Shown in pieces: positions 1 through 7,824 of a stretch of 41,361 bases of DNA. Origin of the DNA: a virus. The notes beneath the pieces are model-generated. The model ran no database searches. It saw only the letters and a list, made by a program, of their open reading frames with translations, and was not told the DNA's origin. The position numbers and the translations under genes are program-made. Location of the stretch: the IMG/VR virus record IMGVR_UViG_3300037308_000077, positions 1 through 41,361 of that record; one strand, written 5' to 3'. The stretch's first letter is position 1. Every line of letters begins with the position of its first letter.

Positions 1-127
1 CGAGAAGATGGCCGCGCCGGTTCAACCCCAAGAGGATCGGTTGCACATGGCCGAGCAAGTTCAGGCAATCGAAAACCTCGAACAACCGCCGGAAGCCGCA
101 CCGGCCGACTCAAAGCCGCCTGAAACC
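1..127. repeat. Terminal direct repeat copy 1 (identical to 41235-41361); end overlap of a circular assembly
   Basis: Base-by-base reading shows nt 1-127 = nt 41235-41361. The repeat runs exactly to both contig ends and lies inside one continuous reading frame. Confidence 0.9.
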
Positions 128-511
128 GCACCGGCCGCCAGCGGTGTGCTGGCAACGGACAAAAACGGAAACCTTGTTGGTGTTGACGCCAATTCACCGC
201 TTGGCATTGCTTGCCTGAAACAACAATGGGCAATCGAGAACGCAAAGAAAAACGCGCGCACAAGTGTTACGTTTTATGATCGCACGATTGACCTTCACAA
301 AGAACAACTGAAACTTGCCCTTCAGATCGCCGGCATCCAATGGAACAACCCCGAACATGTGCAAATGGCAACCAAGATCTCAATTGCCGCCAACGGCAAG
401 GCGCCAATCATGGATGGCCTGAACATTCTCGGCCTTGAGTTTCAGAAATGGGTTAGCGCCGAGTTCGACAAGCACAAGATCCCGGAAGCTCAAAAAGAGA
501 TCCCGTTATAA
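2..511 (+). CDS. 3' part of the RecT-like gene that starts at 40576 and reads through the circular junction (P/A/E-rich linker plus C-terminal domain of unknown function)
   Basis: ORF 8..511 is in the same frame as the open frame 40576..41361 once the 127-nt overlap is collapsed. There is no intervening stop; TAA lies at 509-511. Confidence 0.7.
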   Translation, partial: EKMAAPVQPQEDRLHMAEQVQAIENLEQPPEAAPADSKPPETAPAASGVLATDKNGNLVGVDANSPLGIACLKQQWAIENAKKNARTSVTFYDRTIDLHKEQLKLALQIAGIQWNNPEHVQMATKISIAANGKAPIMDGLNILGLEFQKWVSAEFDKHKIPEAQKEIPL

Positions 512-518
512 AGAAAAA

Positions 519-554
519 CGCCGGCATGGTGCCTTGCCGGCGATATGCTGTTTT
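519..554 (+). terminator. Candidate intrinsic terminator after the RecT-like gene
   Basis: Perfect 8-bp GC-rich stem cgccggca (519-526) / tgccggcg (535-542) with an 8-nt loop, followed by atatgctgtttt. The T tract is short and displaced from the stem. Confidence 0.35.
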
Positions 555-567
555 GGAGGGAATCATC

Positions 568-2190
568 ATGGCCTTCATCCATTCTGATCGGTTTCCCCTC
601 AAAATCCTAATCAACAACGACAAGACTTTGGCAACCTGCGATTGTGACTTTGAACACAAAGACTTGGTTAAGCAATGCGGGTTTCGTTGGGATCCTGCGC
701 GCAAGAAATGGTACATGCCTTTCGAACAATTCCGGCGCTTTTATCCTAACATCCATGGCCGCCTCGGCTTGTGCCAAGTCACGGCGCACGAAGCTTTTTT
801 CGGCGCCGAACCCGAACCCAAGATCCCGGCGCACCCAAGACTCTTTGACGCGCTTTCGAACCTCAAAACCGAGCCGTTCCCCTTCCAAGTTGAAGGCATC
901 AACTTTGCACTCTCAAACCGGTATGCCTTGATCGGATCTGAAATGGGTTTGGGCAAAACCCTGCAAGCCATCGGCGTGCTGGCCGCCTTCGGGAAGCCAA
1001 GCTTGGTTGTGTGTCCGGCTTTCCTCAAGCTGAATTGGGTTGCAGAAGTCACCCGTTTCTATGGCGTGCCGGCCTTCGCGCTCGGTGCCGGGAAGCGGAT
1101 CCGCCAGGCCGCCATGGAAGCCATGGAAGCCAAGATCCCGGCCGTGTTCATGCTGAATTATGAGATCATGGAAAAATGGCCGGAAGCCTTCGCCGCCTGC
1201 AAGCATTGGGTTGTCGATGAAGCGCACGCCTTCAAAAACCCCGAAGCCAAGCGCACCGAGCTTTTCCATTCACTTGTTCGAAAGCACCGGCCAGAAACCC
1301 TCACACTTCTCACCGGCACCGCCATCACAAATTCGGTGACTGACTTCTATTCGCTGATATCGATCCTTGACGAAAACCCGCACCCGAACGGCCGGCGGCT
1401 TCGGGATGACATCAACATCTCAAGTTGGCTTAGGTTCGCCGAGCACTTCACCTTTCCGCGTGAAGGGAAGTTTGGCACAAAATACCTCGGCTTTCGCCGA
1501 TGGCCTGAACTTCGCCAATACCTGGCGAACAAGTACATTCGGCACTCGGTGCAAGATCATCTCAAAGACTTGCCGCCGTTGACCAGGCGACGCTTCCCAA
1601 TCGAACCGCCGAAGGGTTGGCAAGACTTGGATGAAGGCATGGCCGCCGCGCTGGCGAAGATGAAAGGCGAAGAAACCACATTCGACCAGGCCGCCATCAC
1701 CTCGGTGAAGCGCGGCGCGGCAACCCTCAAAGCGCCGAAGACGGCCGAGATCGTCGGTTCACTTTATGAACAAGGCGAACAAGTTGTTGTTTTCTCGGAT
1801 CATGTTGAGCCTTGTCACATCATCAAGAAAGAGATCGGCACCGAAGCGGCTGTCATCACCGGTGCAACGGATATGATCGAACGCCAACGGATCGTTGAAG
1901 ACTTCCAGGCCGGTGCGATCAAGGTTCTCGTTGCGACAATCGGCGCGGCTTCCACCGGCCTGACTCTCACCGCCGCCAGGTATTGCGTCTTCAACGATTT
2001 GCCATGGATCCCTTCCCAATACCTGCAAGCTGAAAAGCGGTTCCACCGCATCGGCCAGCGCCAGGCGTGCCAGGTTCTCATCGTGACGGCGCCGGGAATA
2101 GATCATATGATTGCAAGGTTGGTTCTACAAAAGGCCCTGGATCTCACTTCCGTGTTGTCTTCGGGAAAAGAACAACACCTTGAATTTTGA
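568..2190 (+). CDS. SNF2-family (SF2) DNA helicase/translocase
   Basis: Motif I 'GSEMGLGKTLQAIG', motif II 'VVDEAHAFKN', 'LLTGTAITNS', and C-terminal helicase motifs 'VLVATIGAASTGLTLTAARYCVFNDLPWIPSQYLQAEKRFHRIGQ'. GGAGG at 555-559 precedes ATG 568. The track start 526 lies inside the upstream hairpin. Confidence 0.9.
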   Translation: MAFIHSDRFPLKILINNDKTLATCDCDFEHKDLVKQCGFRWDPARKKWYMPFEQFRRFYPNIHGRLGLCQVTAHEAFFGAEPEPKIPAHPRLFDALSNLKTEPFPFQVEGINFALSNRYALIGSEMGLGKTLQAIGVLAAFGKPSLVVCPAFLKLNWVAEVTRFYGVPAFALGAGKRIRQAAMEAMEAKIPAVFMLNYEIMEKWPEAFAACKHWVVDEAHAFKNPEAKRTELFHSLVRKHRPETLTLLTGTAITNSVTDFYSLISILDENPHPNGRRLRDDINISSWLRFAEHFTFPREGKFGTKYLGFRRWPELRQYLANKYIRHSVQDHLKDLPPLTRRRFPIEPPKGWQDLDEGMAAALAKMKGEETTFDQAAITSVKRGAATLKAPKTAEIVGSLYEQGEQVVVFSDHVEPCHIIKKEIGTEAAVITGATDMIERQRIVEDFQAGAIKVLVATIGAASTGLTLTAARYCVFNDLPWIPSQYLQAEKRFHRIGQRQACQVLIVTAPGIDHMIARLVLQKALDLTSVLSSGKEQHLEF

Positions 2191-2201
2191 AAGGCGACAC
2201 C

Positions 2202-2540
2202 ATGATATTGACAAAAGACAAGCCTGACAAGGAAAAAAGGCCAACCCTGAAGGCCGGTGACGATGTTCTTGTGATCGACTTGGAAACACACAAAGCCAAA
2301 GTTGACAAGGTTGACAAGGTGACAAACAAAAAAGCCGACTTGAAGAAAGACAAAGACAAGTTTGACGACAAGGGAAACAAAGAGAACGACACAAAAAAAC
2401 GGCTTCTAAAACTCAAACCGCACCATATCGCAACCCTAACTGCTTCGGCTTACATCAACAGCCTCGACTCAATAACAAACATCGACATACCGCAAGCTGT
2501 TATTGACCGTTGGGATCTTGAGAACGAGAAGAACCCATGA
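2202..2540 (+). CDS. Hypothetical Lys/Asp-rich protein
   Basis: ORF with AAAGG 7 nt upstream of ATG 2202. Low-complexity 'KVDKVDKVTNKKADLKKDKDK'. Its stop overlaps the next start (ATGA at 2537-2540). Confidence 0.5.
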   Translation: MILTKDKPDKEKRPTLKAGDDVLVIDLETHKAKVDKVDKVTNKKADLKKDKDKFDDKGNKENDTKKRLLKLKPHHIATLTASAYINSLDSITNIDIPQAVIDRWDLENEKNP

Positions 2541-2806
2541 GGCGCGGTGAGAGTGCAATTGATTTTCTAAGAGAATATCAACTCCAAAAGTTCGCAGAAC
2601 GAGAATACAAAGGCGAATGGAAGCATGTCACAATCGGAAAACTCTTGACACTAATGCGCCGAGAGTTTTCAGAGTTGACCGATGCCGTTGGTTTCGGTGA
2701 CCACAACGAAGCGATCCGAGAGTGCGCCGACATTGCCAATTATGCCGCGATCATCGCCGATGTGCTCAGGTTAAAAAGTGAGAACCTTGAGCGAAGCCAA
2801 GACTGA
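2537..2806 (+). CDS. Putative MazG-like nucleotide pyrophosphohydrolase (small all-alpha NTP-PPase)
   Basis: 'REFSELTDAV...EAIRECADIANYAAIIADVL' follows the E-x2-E ... E-x2-D helical pattern of MazG-like proteins. This is a motif-level call only. Confidence 0.4.
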   Translation: MRRGESAIDFLREYQLQKFAEREYKGEWKHVTIGKLLTLMRREFSELTDAVGFGDHNEAIRECADIANYAAIIADVLRLKSENLERSQD

Positions 2807-3373
2807 CATGTAGTCGCCTTTGGCCGGCGAATTGCCTTCCAAGAGTTTGACAAGTTGTTCAAGCGCGTTCATTCCTGCAACAATTTGCGCCTTAGTCATC
2901 GACGCGCCGAACATGATCGTTTTGTCACTCATGCCAGCAAGCGCCGCTGAAAGCTCGGTCGCAACATACATTGCCAACATTTCCTTCGCCTGTTTGCGAA
3001 CTTCAAGCAAGTTCGAGCCGAGCGAATAAAGCACGTCACCAATTGACTCAACTTCGTTTGTGAGCACCGCTTCACGCGCCGAGTCGCCAAGCGTAAGGGT
3101 TCGCGCAGTTGTGATGTATGTCGCGTTGGAAACGTCTTGGTTCCCGAAGAACTTAACGATTGCTTCCGCAAGTGCAATGCCTGAAACGAACTCTGACTTT
3201 TTCAGCTTAGACGATACCGTGACGGGATCGGCATCGGCCAGGCTTGCGATATCAGTATTGGCACTTGTTCCCCAATAACGTTCATAAGATTCACTTGCAA
3301 GGTTCAATATGTAACAAAGGCCAGGTATCAAAACCTTCGTGCTTTTTTCGATTGCTTCCGTTGTCTTATTCAT
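2771..3373 (-). CDS. Hypothetical alpha-helical protein, last gene of the late arm
   Basis: Internal ATG at 3373 ('MNKTTEAIEK') preceded by AAGGA. The 82 upstream codons of the 282-aa track ORF overlap the neighbouring gene. Confidence 0.55.
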   Translation of the reverse strand: MNKTTEAIEKSTKVLIPGLCYILNLASESYERYWGTSANTDIASLADADPVTVSSKLKKSEFVSGIALAEAIVKFFGNQDVSNATYITTARTLTLGDSAREAVLTNEVESIGDVLYSLGSNLLEVRKQAKEMLAMYVATELSAALAGMSDKTIMFGASMTKAQIVAGMNALEQLVKLLEGNSPAKGDYMSVLASLKVLTF

Positions 3374-3377
3374 TTTC

Positions 3378-3827
3378 TCAATCCTTTTGTGCGCTGATTG
3401 TGAATATTGGCCGAGAACAAGATCCGGCGGTGACTTGCGCTGAAAGATTCCCAAGCGATGCAACGGGAATGTTGAGGCCAGTCTTTGCGTTCGCTGATTG
3501 TCCGGCGATCTGCAATGTTTCAACTGCAACGCCGTTAATAAATAGCGTGAACGTTGCCGTTGCGTTTGATTGAACGCCAACGGAAATTGCCTTAATTGTG
3601 CTAGCTTCGGCAACGACAAAAGGCGTTATGTTGCTGGCAACGTTTGCAAAGAAAGACAACCAGCGACCCGATGAAGCCGTGCCATCATGCGCGCAAAGAG
3701 TCACCCAACGCGCCTTGCCTTCGGCCTCATATCTTGCCTCTATAATGGCATCCCGAACGTTGTCAGAATCAAAATCAGGCGCCTCGAAAGGCACGCCTTG
3801 AGCAACCGCCGGTGAGGTGATCTTCAT
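3378..3827 (-). CDS. Hypothetical beta-rich protein
   Basis: Start 'MKITSPAVAQG' at 3827, coupled by an ATGA overlap to the stop of the upstream gene (3824). Confidence 0.55.
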   Translation of the reverse strand: MKITSPAVAQGVPFEAPDFDSDNVRDAIIEARYEAEGKARWVTLCAHDGTASSGRWLSFFANVASNITPFVVAEASTIKAISVGVQSNATATFTLFINGVAVETLQIAGQSANAKTGLNIPVASLGNLSAQVTAGSCSRPIFTISAQKD

Positions 3828-4219
3828 TGTGATTCCCCGATCCTGGCAATGGCGGTGCCGGAAGCAACCAACCAGATCGAACATTCTGGCCCAACGGCAA
3901 AGATCGTTGCCGGCGCTTTCTTGTAGATCGGGAAGCCGGTTAAAGGTGTCACCGAACTTGTGAAACCCCAAAAAATATCATCATCGGCATAGACAACTAA
4001 GGTTTTCCGGTTGGCCATATTGGAGGCGCCGACACTTGCGCGAATCGGCGCGCTGGTCACCGTCTTGGTTGTTTGATTGCCGCCAGTGCCGCGAAGCGAA
4101 TCATCAACACAAAGATCCTGATTTGCCGTTGAAGCAACCATGGTTGTTTCGGATCCAATCGGATCCGAGCCAACGATCTTCGTATTGGCGGCGGCATCAA
4201 CAGACGAAAGATCACCCAT
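3824..4219 (-). CDS. Hypothetical beta-rich protein
   Basis: ORF with GAGGTG upstream of ATG 4219. It follows a terminator-like hairpin. Confidence 0.6.
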   Translation of the reverse strand: MGDLSSVDAAANTKIVGSDPIGSETTMVASTANQDLCVDDSLRGTGGNQTTKTVTSAPIRASVGASNMANRKTLVVYADDDIFWGFTSSVTPLTGFPIYKKAPATIFAVGPECSIWLVASGTAIARIGESQ

Positions 4220-4228
4220 AAGTCACCT

Positions 4229-4283
4229 CAAAAAAAAATGAGGCCATACCGCAAAGGAAACCCCAAGCATCACGGCATGGCCA
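4229..4283 (-). terminator. Candidate intrinsic terminator/attenuator inside the orphan block
   Basis: The - strand RNA reads ggccaugccg-(21 nt loop)-cgguauggcc (10-bp stem with one G-U pair), followed by ucauuuuuuuuu. Confidence 0.45.
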
Positions 4284-4291
4284 GGCTTGAA

Positions 4292-5047
4292 TTACTGGAT
4301 CCCAACGATTGTTGAGTGCATGTCCATGTCAGCCTTGTCTTGGTTCGTTCGCGCAACGCGAACAATTCCGCCAACTGCGATCTGCAAAGGCACACCGTTG
4401 AAGTCGATCTCATCGATCTGTTTACTGGTTGAAGTGTAACCAACGGCGATTGTGCTGAACCCGCTAACGCCATCAGGATCAACCTGAACCACATAACGGC
4501 CTCGGCCGGAAGCGGCAAAGAGGATCTTGTATACATTCAGCGCGGTTCCTGCAACGGTGATGTCGTGGTTGTCCGTTGCCGCCTTGACGATCTCACCGCC
4601 TTTATAATTGTGAACGCGCGTTCCAGAAAGCGGAAGCGGTTGCACGGGAAGCGGGTTCGAGGCCGAGAACGGCGCGCCGCTGGCGTCATGGATCGCAACG
4701 TCAAGCGCGTGAACGGTATCGTTGGTCACCGAGGTGATTCGGTTGGTCAACTGCGCGTCGGCCGGGGTTTCCGCGCGAGTGTGCGCGACAACGCCAACGT
4801 GCGCCGGCTTACTGTTGTCGTCGGCTTCATAAACACCGTCGGGATTCACGCGGCCGGTTTCGCTCAAAGTCAGCGCAACATCGGCCGAGTCATCGGCGCG
4901 GTTGCCGTGAACTTCGGTGTGTGCGTTGCCATCGGCGTCAACAGTCATTCCGTTGGCTGGCGAAGTAAAATCGATAATTTTACTTTGTAGCCTTTCATCG
5001 GCATCGGCCTCGGTTCTTACTGGCAAACTTGATGGATAATCACTCAT
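4292..5047 (-). CDS. Hypothetical beta-rich protein; its C-terminal half is paralogous to 5283..5783
   Basis: 251-aa ORF. It shares the pattern '[IY]xVxAGxxLxxxxIxxSG...VxVDxDG ... GxxLxxAxGxxV[RK] ... D[MF]D' with the 166-aa neighbour. Confidence 0.65.
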   Translation of the reverse strand: MSDYPSSLPVRTEADADERLQSKIIDFTSPANGMTVDADGNAHTEVHGNRADDSADVALTLSETGRVNPDGVYEADDNSKPAHVGVVAHTRAETPADAQLTNRITSVTNDTVHALDVAIHDASGAPFSASNPLPVQPLPLSGTRVHNYKGGEIVKAATDNHDITVAGTALNVYKILFAASGRGRYVVQVDPDGVSGFSTIAVGYTSTSKQIDEIDFNGVPLQIAVGGIVRVARTNQDKADMDMHSTIVGIQ

Positions 5048-5062
5048 CTTTCAACCCCTTTC

Positions 5063-5296
5063 TTATCCGTTTCGTGGTGCGCCGGCTTGTGTCCCGACAA
5101 GTTCGGCAAGTTCAGTTTGATGCCTGTTGATCAGTTCGCGCGTCTTTTCGATCTGTTCTTCAAGGCGCGATATGTCTGCCATTCTCTCGTCAATTGTATA
5201 TTCGTTTTCGGCAATGGAAGCTTCAAGCCGAATCACTTCAAGCCGCTTCCGTTTTATTTCAAGTTGTTTCTTGTCGATCATTTCAAACCTCGTCAA
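5063..5296 (-). CDS. Hypothetical coiled-coil protein
   Basis: 77-aa heptad-like E/K/R/L-rich ORF. It overlaps the upstream gene by 14 nt. Confidence 0.55.
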   Translation of the reverse strand: MTRFEMIDKKQLEIKRKRLEVIRLEASIAENEYTIDERMADISRLEEQIEKTRELINRHQTELAELVGTQAGAPRNG

Positions 5297-5783
5297 TTAA
5301 AACACCCAAAAGCATAGAATCAAAGTCACCGGCGTTTGGCCTTGAGTGTATGACCCTGGCCTTGACTGTAGAACCCGCCGAGAGAACCAACCCGCGTTTG
5401 TCCTGCGCGGAAAAATCATGTCTGACTTCCAACCCTGATCCATTGAACCATGTCCGTTGACGATCAACCACATCACCGTCAACCGTAACCTCGAACACGG
5501 CAATGTTGGTGCCGCCTGATCGAATCCGAATCAACTGAAGTTGTTTTCCGGCTGGCACCGAGTAAGTGAGAATGTCAGTCAGAAGGCCGGAAGCCAACGC
5601 TGAAACCTCACCGAACAGTGAGATCACATCGCCAGGCGCCGCCGACAAGTCGATATCGCCGCGAACCTGCAAGGCGCCATCAGGGTATATGTTCCCACGA
5701 TGGCCTTGATCGTCGATCAAGATCACATCGGCATCGGTGACGGCAACGGAAGCGGTTGTTTTGCGCGTTGTGATTGAACTCAT
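5283..5783 (-). CDS. Hypothetical beta-rich protein (paralogue of the C-terminal half of 4292..5047)
   Basis: 166-aa ORF; shared motif pattern as described for 4292..5047. Confidence 0.65.
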   Translation of the reverse strand: MSSITTRKTTASVAVTDADVILIDDQGHRGNIYPDGALQVRGDIDLSAAPGDVISLFGEVSALASGLLTDILTYSVPAGKQLQLIRIRSGGTNIAVFEVTVDGDVVDRQRTWFNGSGLEVRHDFSAQDKRGLVLSAGSTVKARVIHSRPNAGDFDSMLLGVLIDEV

Positions 5784-5791
5784 GTGTCACC

Positions 5792-6061
5792 TCACCATAT
5801 CGTGATCGTGATGGCGGCGGTTTCGCCAGGCGCCTGACACCGGCCATATAGGATCCCTTTGAGCGCGCGGTTGTCGCGAGTCACTGAACATTGGTTTGGC
5901 ACTCTGATCTCAACCGCTGAACTTACGGGATGGCCAAAAGTAAATTCAAGGTATGGCCCGTCAAAGTTCTCAATTTCAATGTTGAAATAAGAAACCCGAA
6001 AAGTTGAAAAATCAACAAGAGGTTGAAAGGTGTCAGTCAAGGTTTTCGAAAGTGCCGGCAT
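5792..6061 (-). CDS. Hypothetical protein
   Basis: 89-aa ORF, co-directional and tightly spaced with its neighbours. Confidence 0.55.
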   Translation of the reverse strand: MPALSKTLTDTFQPLVDFSTFRVSYFNIEIENFDGPYLEFTFGHPVSSAVEIRVPNQCSVTRDNRALKGILYGRCQAPGETAAITITIW

Positions 6062-6078
6062 CTTTCACCTCTTACTGG

Positions 6079-6420
6079 TTATCGCTTCCAGGTATTCACC
6101 AATTGGCTGATCCCCTGGATCACATGGCCAACGGCCGAAAGACTTCCTTCGATCCTGGCTTCAAGCTGATCTTGTGGGATGTCAAACTTTTTCACAAGTT
6201 CGGCAACCGTTGCCGCGTAAGCTTCCGGCGCGAAGGCGTCTTTAAGCTCACTTGGCACCTTCGGCCATTCAACCGAGGTGATGGCCTTCAGTTCATCAGT
6301 CAGCGCCAGCAAGTGCGCCGCATCGCCGATTGTCACCTTGCCGTCTTCGAAAACCTTGCCGGCAACATTGCCGAGTTCGCAAACCAAAAACATAACTTTC
6401 CGTGCGTTCTCTGGTAGCAT
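6079..6420 (-). CDS. Hypothetical alpha-helical protein
   Basis: 113-aa ORF with GAGGAAAGGGG 7 nt upstream of ATG 6420. Confidence 0.6.
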   Translation of the reverse strand: MLPENARKVMFLVCELGNVAGKVFEDGKVTIGDAAHLLALTDELKAITSVEWPKVPSELKDAFAPEAYAATVAELVKKFDIPQDQLEARIEGSLSAVGHVIQGISQLVNTWKR

Positions 6421-6477
6421 AATCGAACCCCTTTCCTCGATTGGCGCCGGATTGACAACCGCACCGGCGCAAGTCAG

Positions 6478-7824
6478 TCAGACACCTTCAAACTCTCGTT
6501 TCAACCGCGCGCGAAGCTCAGGCATTGTCATGCTCAAGCTTCCGCCAGGATCGTTCTTTGCCTTGTATTTTCCGACCGAATCCATGGCTTCATCATGGCC
6601 AATCACTCGGTCAAAGCTGAAGATATCCGGCGCCTCATTCTTCAAATACAACAACAATTGGATCAAGGTTGCCTCTTGCGCCGAGGTGAACTTGTGATAA
6701 TGGCCCGGAATCGGGATCCGGCTTCCGCTTACTGTTCTAACTTCGGCCGGTGTGTACAGTTGGCCGAACCAAGAACGAAAGCCTTCGTTCGTTTTTGTGA
6801 GAAGGCCGGCACCGCAAATTTCAATGCCAACGTGCGTTCTATGGTGATGTGTTCCCGAATGATATCCCCATCGGTTAAGCGGCATCGGCTGATACAACGT
6901 GCCATCACGATCAATAATCAGGCACGGATATGGCCCATCGGTGAGTGCCTTGTGGTCACCGGCCAACGTGCGGCCAGCGGTGTGGTGAACAACCGCGCCT
7001 TCTGGAAACCCCTTCGGGTACAAGCCTTGAGTCGTGATCTTTCCGATGTCCGAGGCCCATTTGATCCACGGCCTTTTTTGTCCTGGCGTTCCCATGCTAG
7101 GCCTTTCCGGCGGTTCGCCTTCCGGATCTGACTCACTGATATCAGGCAATGGCTTCCCAACGGCGATCATCACATTGTTGGCCTTCGGGAACTGATTGAA
7201 AAAATCAACCAACATCTTTTTGTCTTTGGAGACAAGCACCGCTTTCGGTTCGGATCCGGCGTAAGCAACACAAGCGGTTTCGCCTTGTGGTGTTCGGTTC
7301 ATTTCAAACCAAGTCACATCGCCGGTTGGCGGCACCTGGCGGTTTTTTGCCCAGGAGTCAAAATCAGCGGCGATCACTGCAATCTTTTTCCAATAATTAA
7401 TATCGGCCGCCCAAGTGCCGGCAAGATCTTCCCAATTCTTGGTGTTGCGCGCCTTGATGAACTCGTAATTTTTTCGCACATAAGGTGACAAGATTTGATC
7501 GATTGGCACGTTGACGCCAGCGCGAAGCGCCAGGTTTTGGATCTGCGCTTCGATACCGGCCGCCGGTGAAGGGAACGAGTCGCCAGGATCACCGCCGCCT
7601 CTTGCGCCGATGCCTGCGAAGTTGTTTTGTGTCACCTTCACATCACCGCCAAACTTCCAAAACCCGGTTTCAAGGCAAGCCTGGAAGATCGCCAGATCCC
7701 AACGCACACCGTAAGCACGCGCGGCGGTTGCATATAATCCGGCATATTGTGGACAACCTTTCTCTTTCAACCATTCATTCAAAAGCGCAACCGAGCGCGT
7801 TGCCTCACCGATGATTGGAGTCAT
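6478..7824 (-). CDS. Two-catalytic-domain endolysin: N-terminal glucosaminidase-like (FlgJ/LytD type) plus C-terminal N-acetylmuramoyl-L-alanine amidase (Amidase_2/PGRP type)
   Basis: N-terminal 'FQACLETGFWKFGG...TQNNFAGIGA'. C-terminal 'VVHHTAGR', 'WGYHSG', 'HVGIEICGAG' and 'VIGHDEA...KNDPG' (T7-lysozyme-like Zn ligand pattern). Confidence 0.85.
   Translation of the reverse strand: MTPIIGEATRSVALLNEWLKEKGCPQYAGLYATAARAYGVRWDLAIFQACLETGFWKFGGDVKVTQNNFAGIGARGGGDPGDSFPSPAAGIEAQIQNLALRAGVNVPIDQILSPYVRKNYEFIKARNTKNWEDLAGTWAADINYWKKIAVIAADFDSWAKNRQVPPTGDVTWFEMNRTPQGETACVAYAGSEPKAVLVSKDKKMLVDFFNQFPKANNVMIAVGKPLPDISESDPEGEPPERPSMGTPGQKRPWIKWASDIGKITTQGLYPKGFPEGAVVHHTAGRTLAGDHKALTDGPYPCLIIDRDGTLYQPMPLNRWGYHSGTHHHRTHVGIEICGAGLLTKTNEGFRSWFGQLYTPAEVRTVSGSRIPIPGHYHKFTSAQEATLIQLLLYLKNEAPDIFSFDRVIGHDEAMDSVGKYKAKNDPGGSLSMTMPELRARLKREFEGV

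Noticed and set aside
1-127. The terminal repeat as a biological direct terminal repeat, LTR or att duplication
   Set aside because: It is exactly bounded by the contig ends, lies in the middle of a coding frame, and has a length typical of an assembler k-mer. A true DTR cannot be fully excluded without the reads.
526-567. The upstream ATG (526) for the SNF2 helicase, and similar N-terminal extensions in the track (38956 for the SSB-like gene, 18889 for the chaperone, 34642 for the 73-aa gene, 3971 for 3378..3827)
   Set aside because: In each case the extension runs through a hairpin or through the upstream gene. An internal start with a GGAGG/AAGGA-type RBS or an ATGA coupling is available instead.
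2299-2326. Tandem 'GTTGACAAG GTTGACAAG GTGACAAAC' resembling stacked -35 boxes
   Set aside because: It lies inside the Lys-rich ORF and encodes 'KVDKVDKVTNK'. No matching -10 element is present at an appropriate spacing.
2771-3619. The 282-aa version of the last - arm gene
   Set aside because: Its first 82 codons overlap the ATGA-coupled gene 3378..3827 in another frame and are R/Q/L-rich junk. An internal ATG at 3373 has an RBS.
6004-6417. The 137-aa + ORF opposite gene 6079..6420
   Set aside because: It has no RBS, its composition is low in plausibility (W/R/C-rich), and it runs against the operon direction. The - strand ORF has a strong RBS and a helical protein-like sequence.
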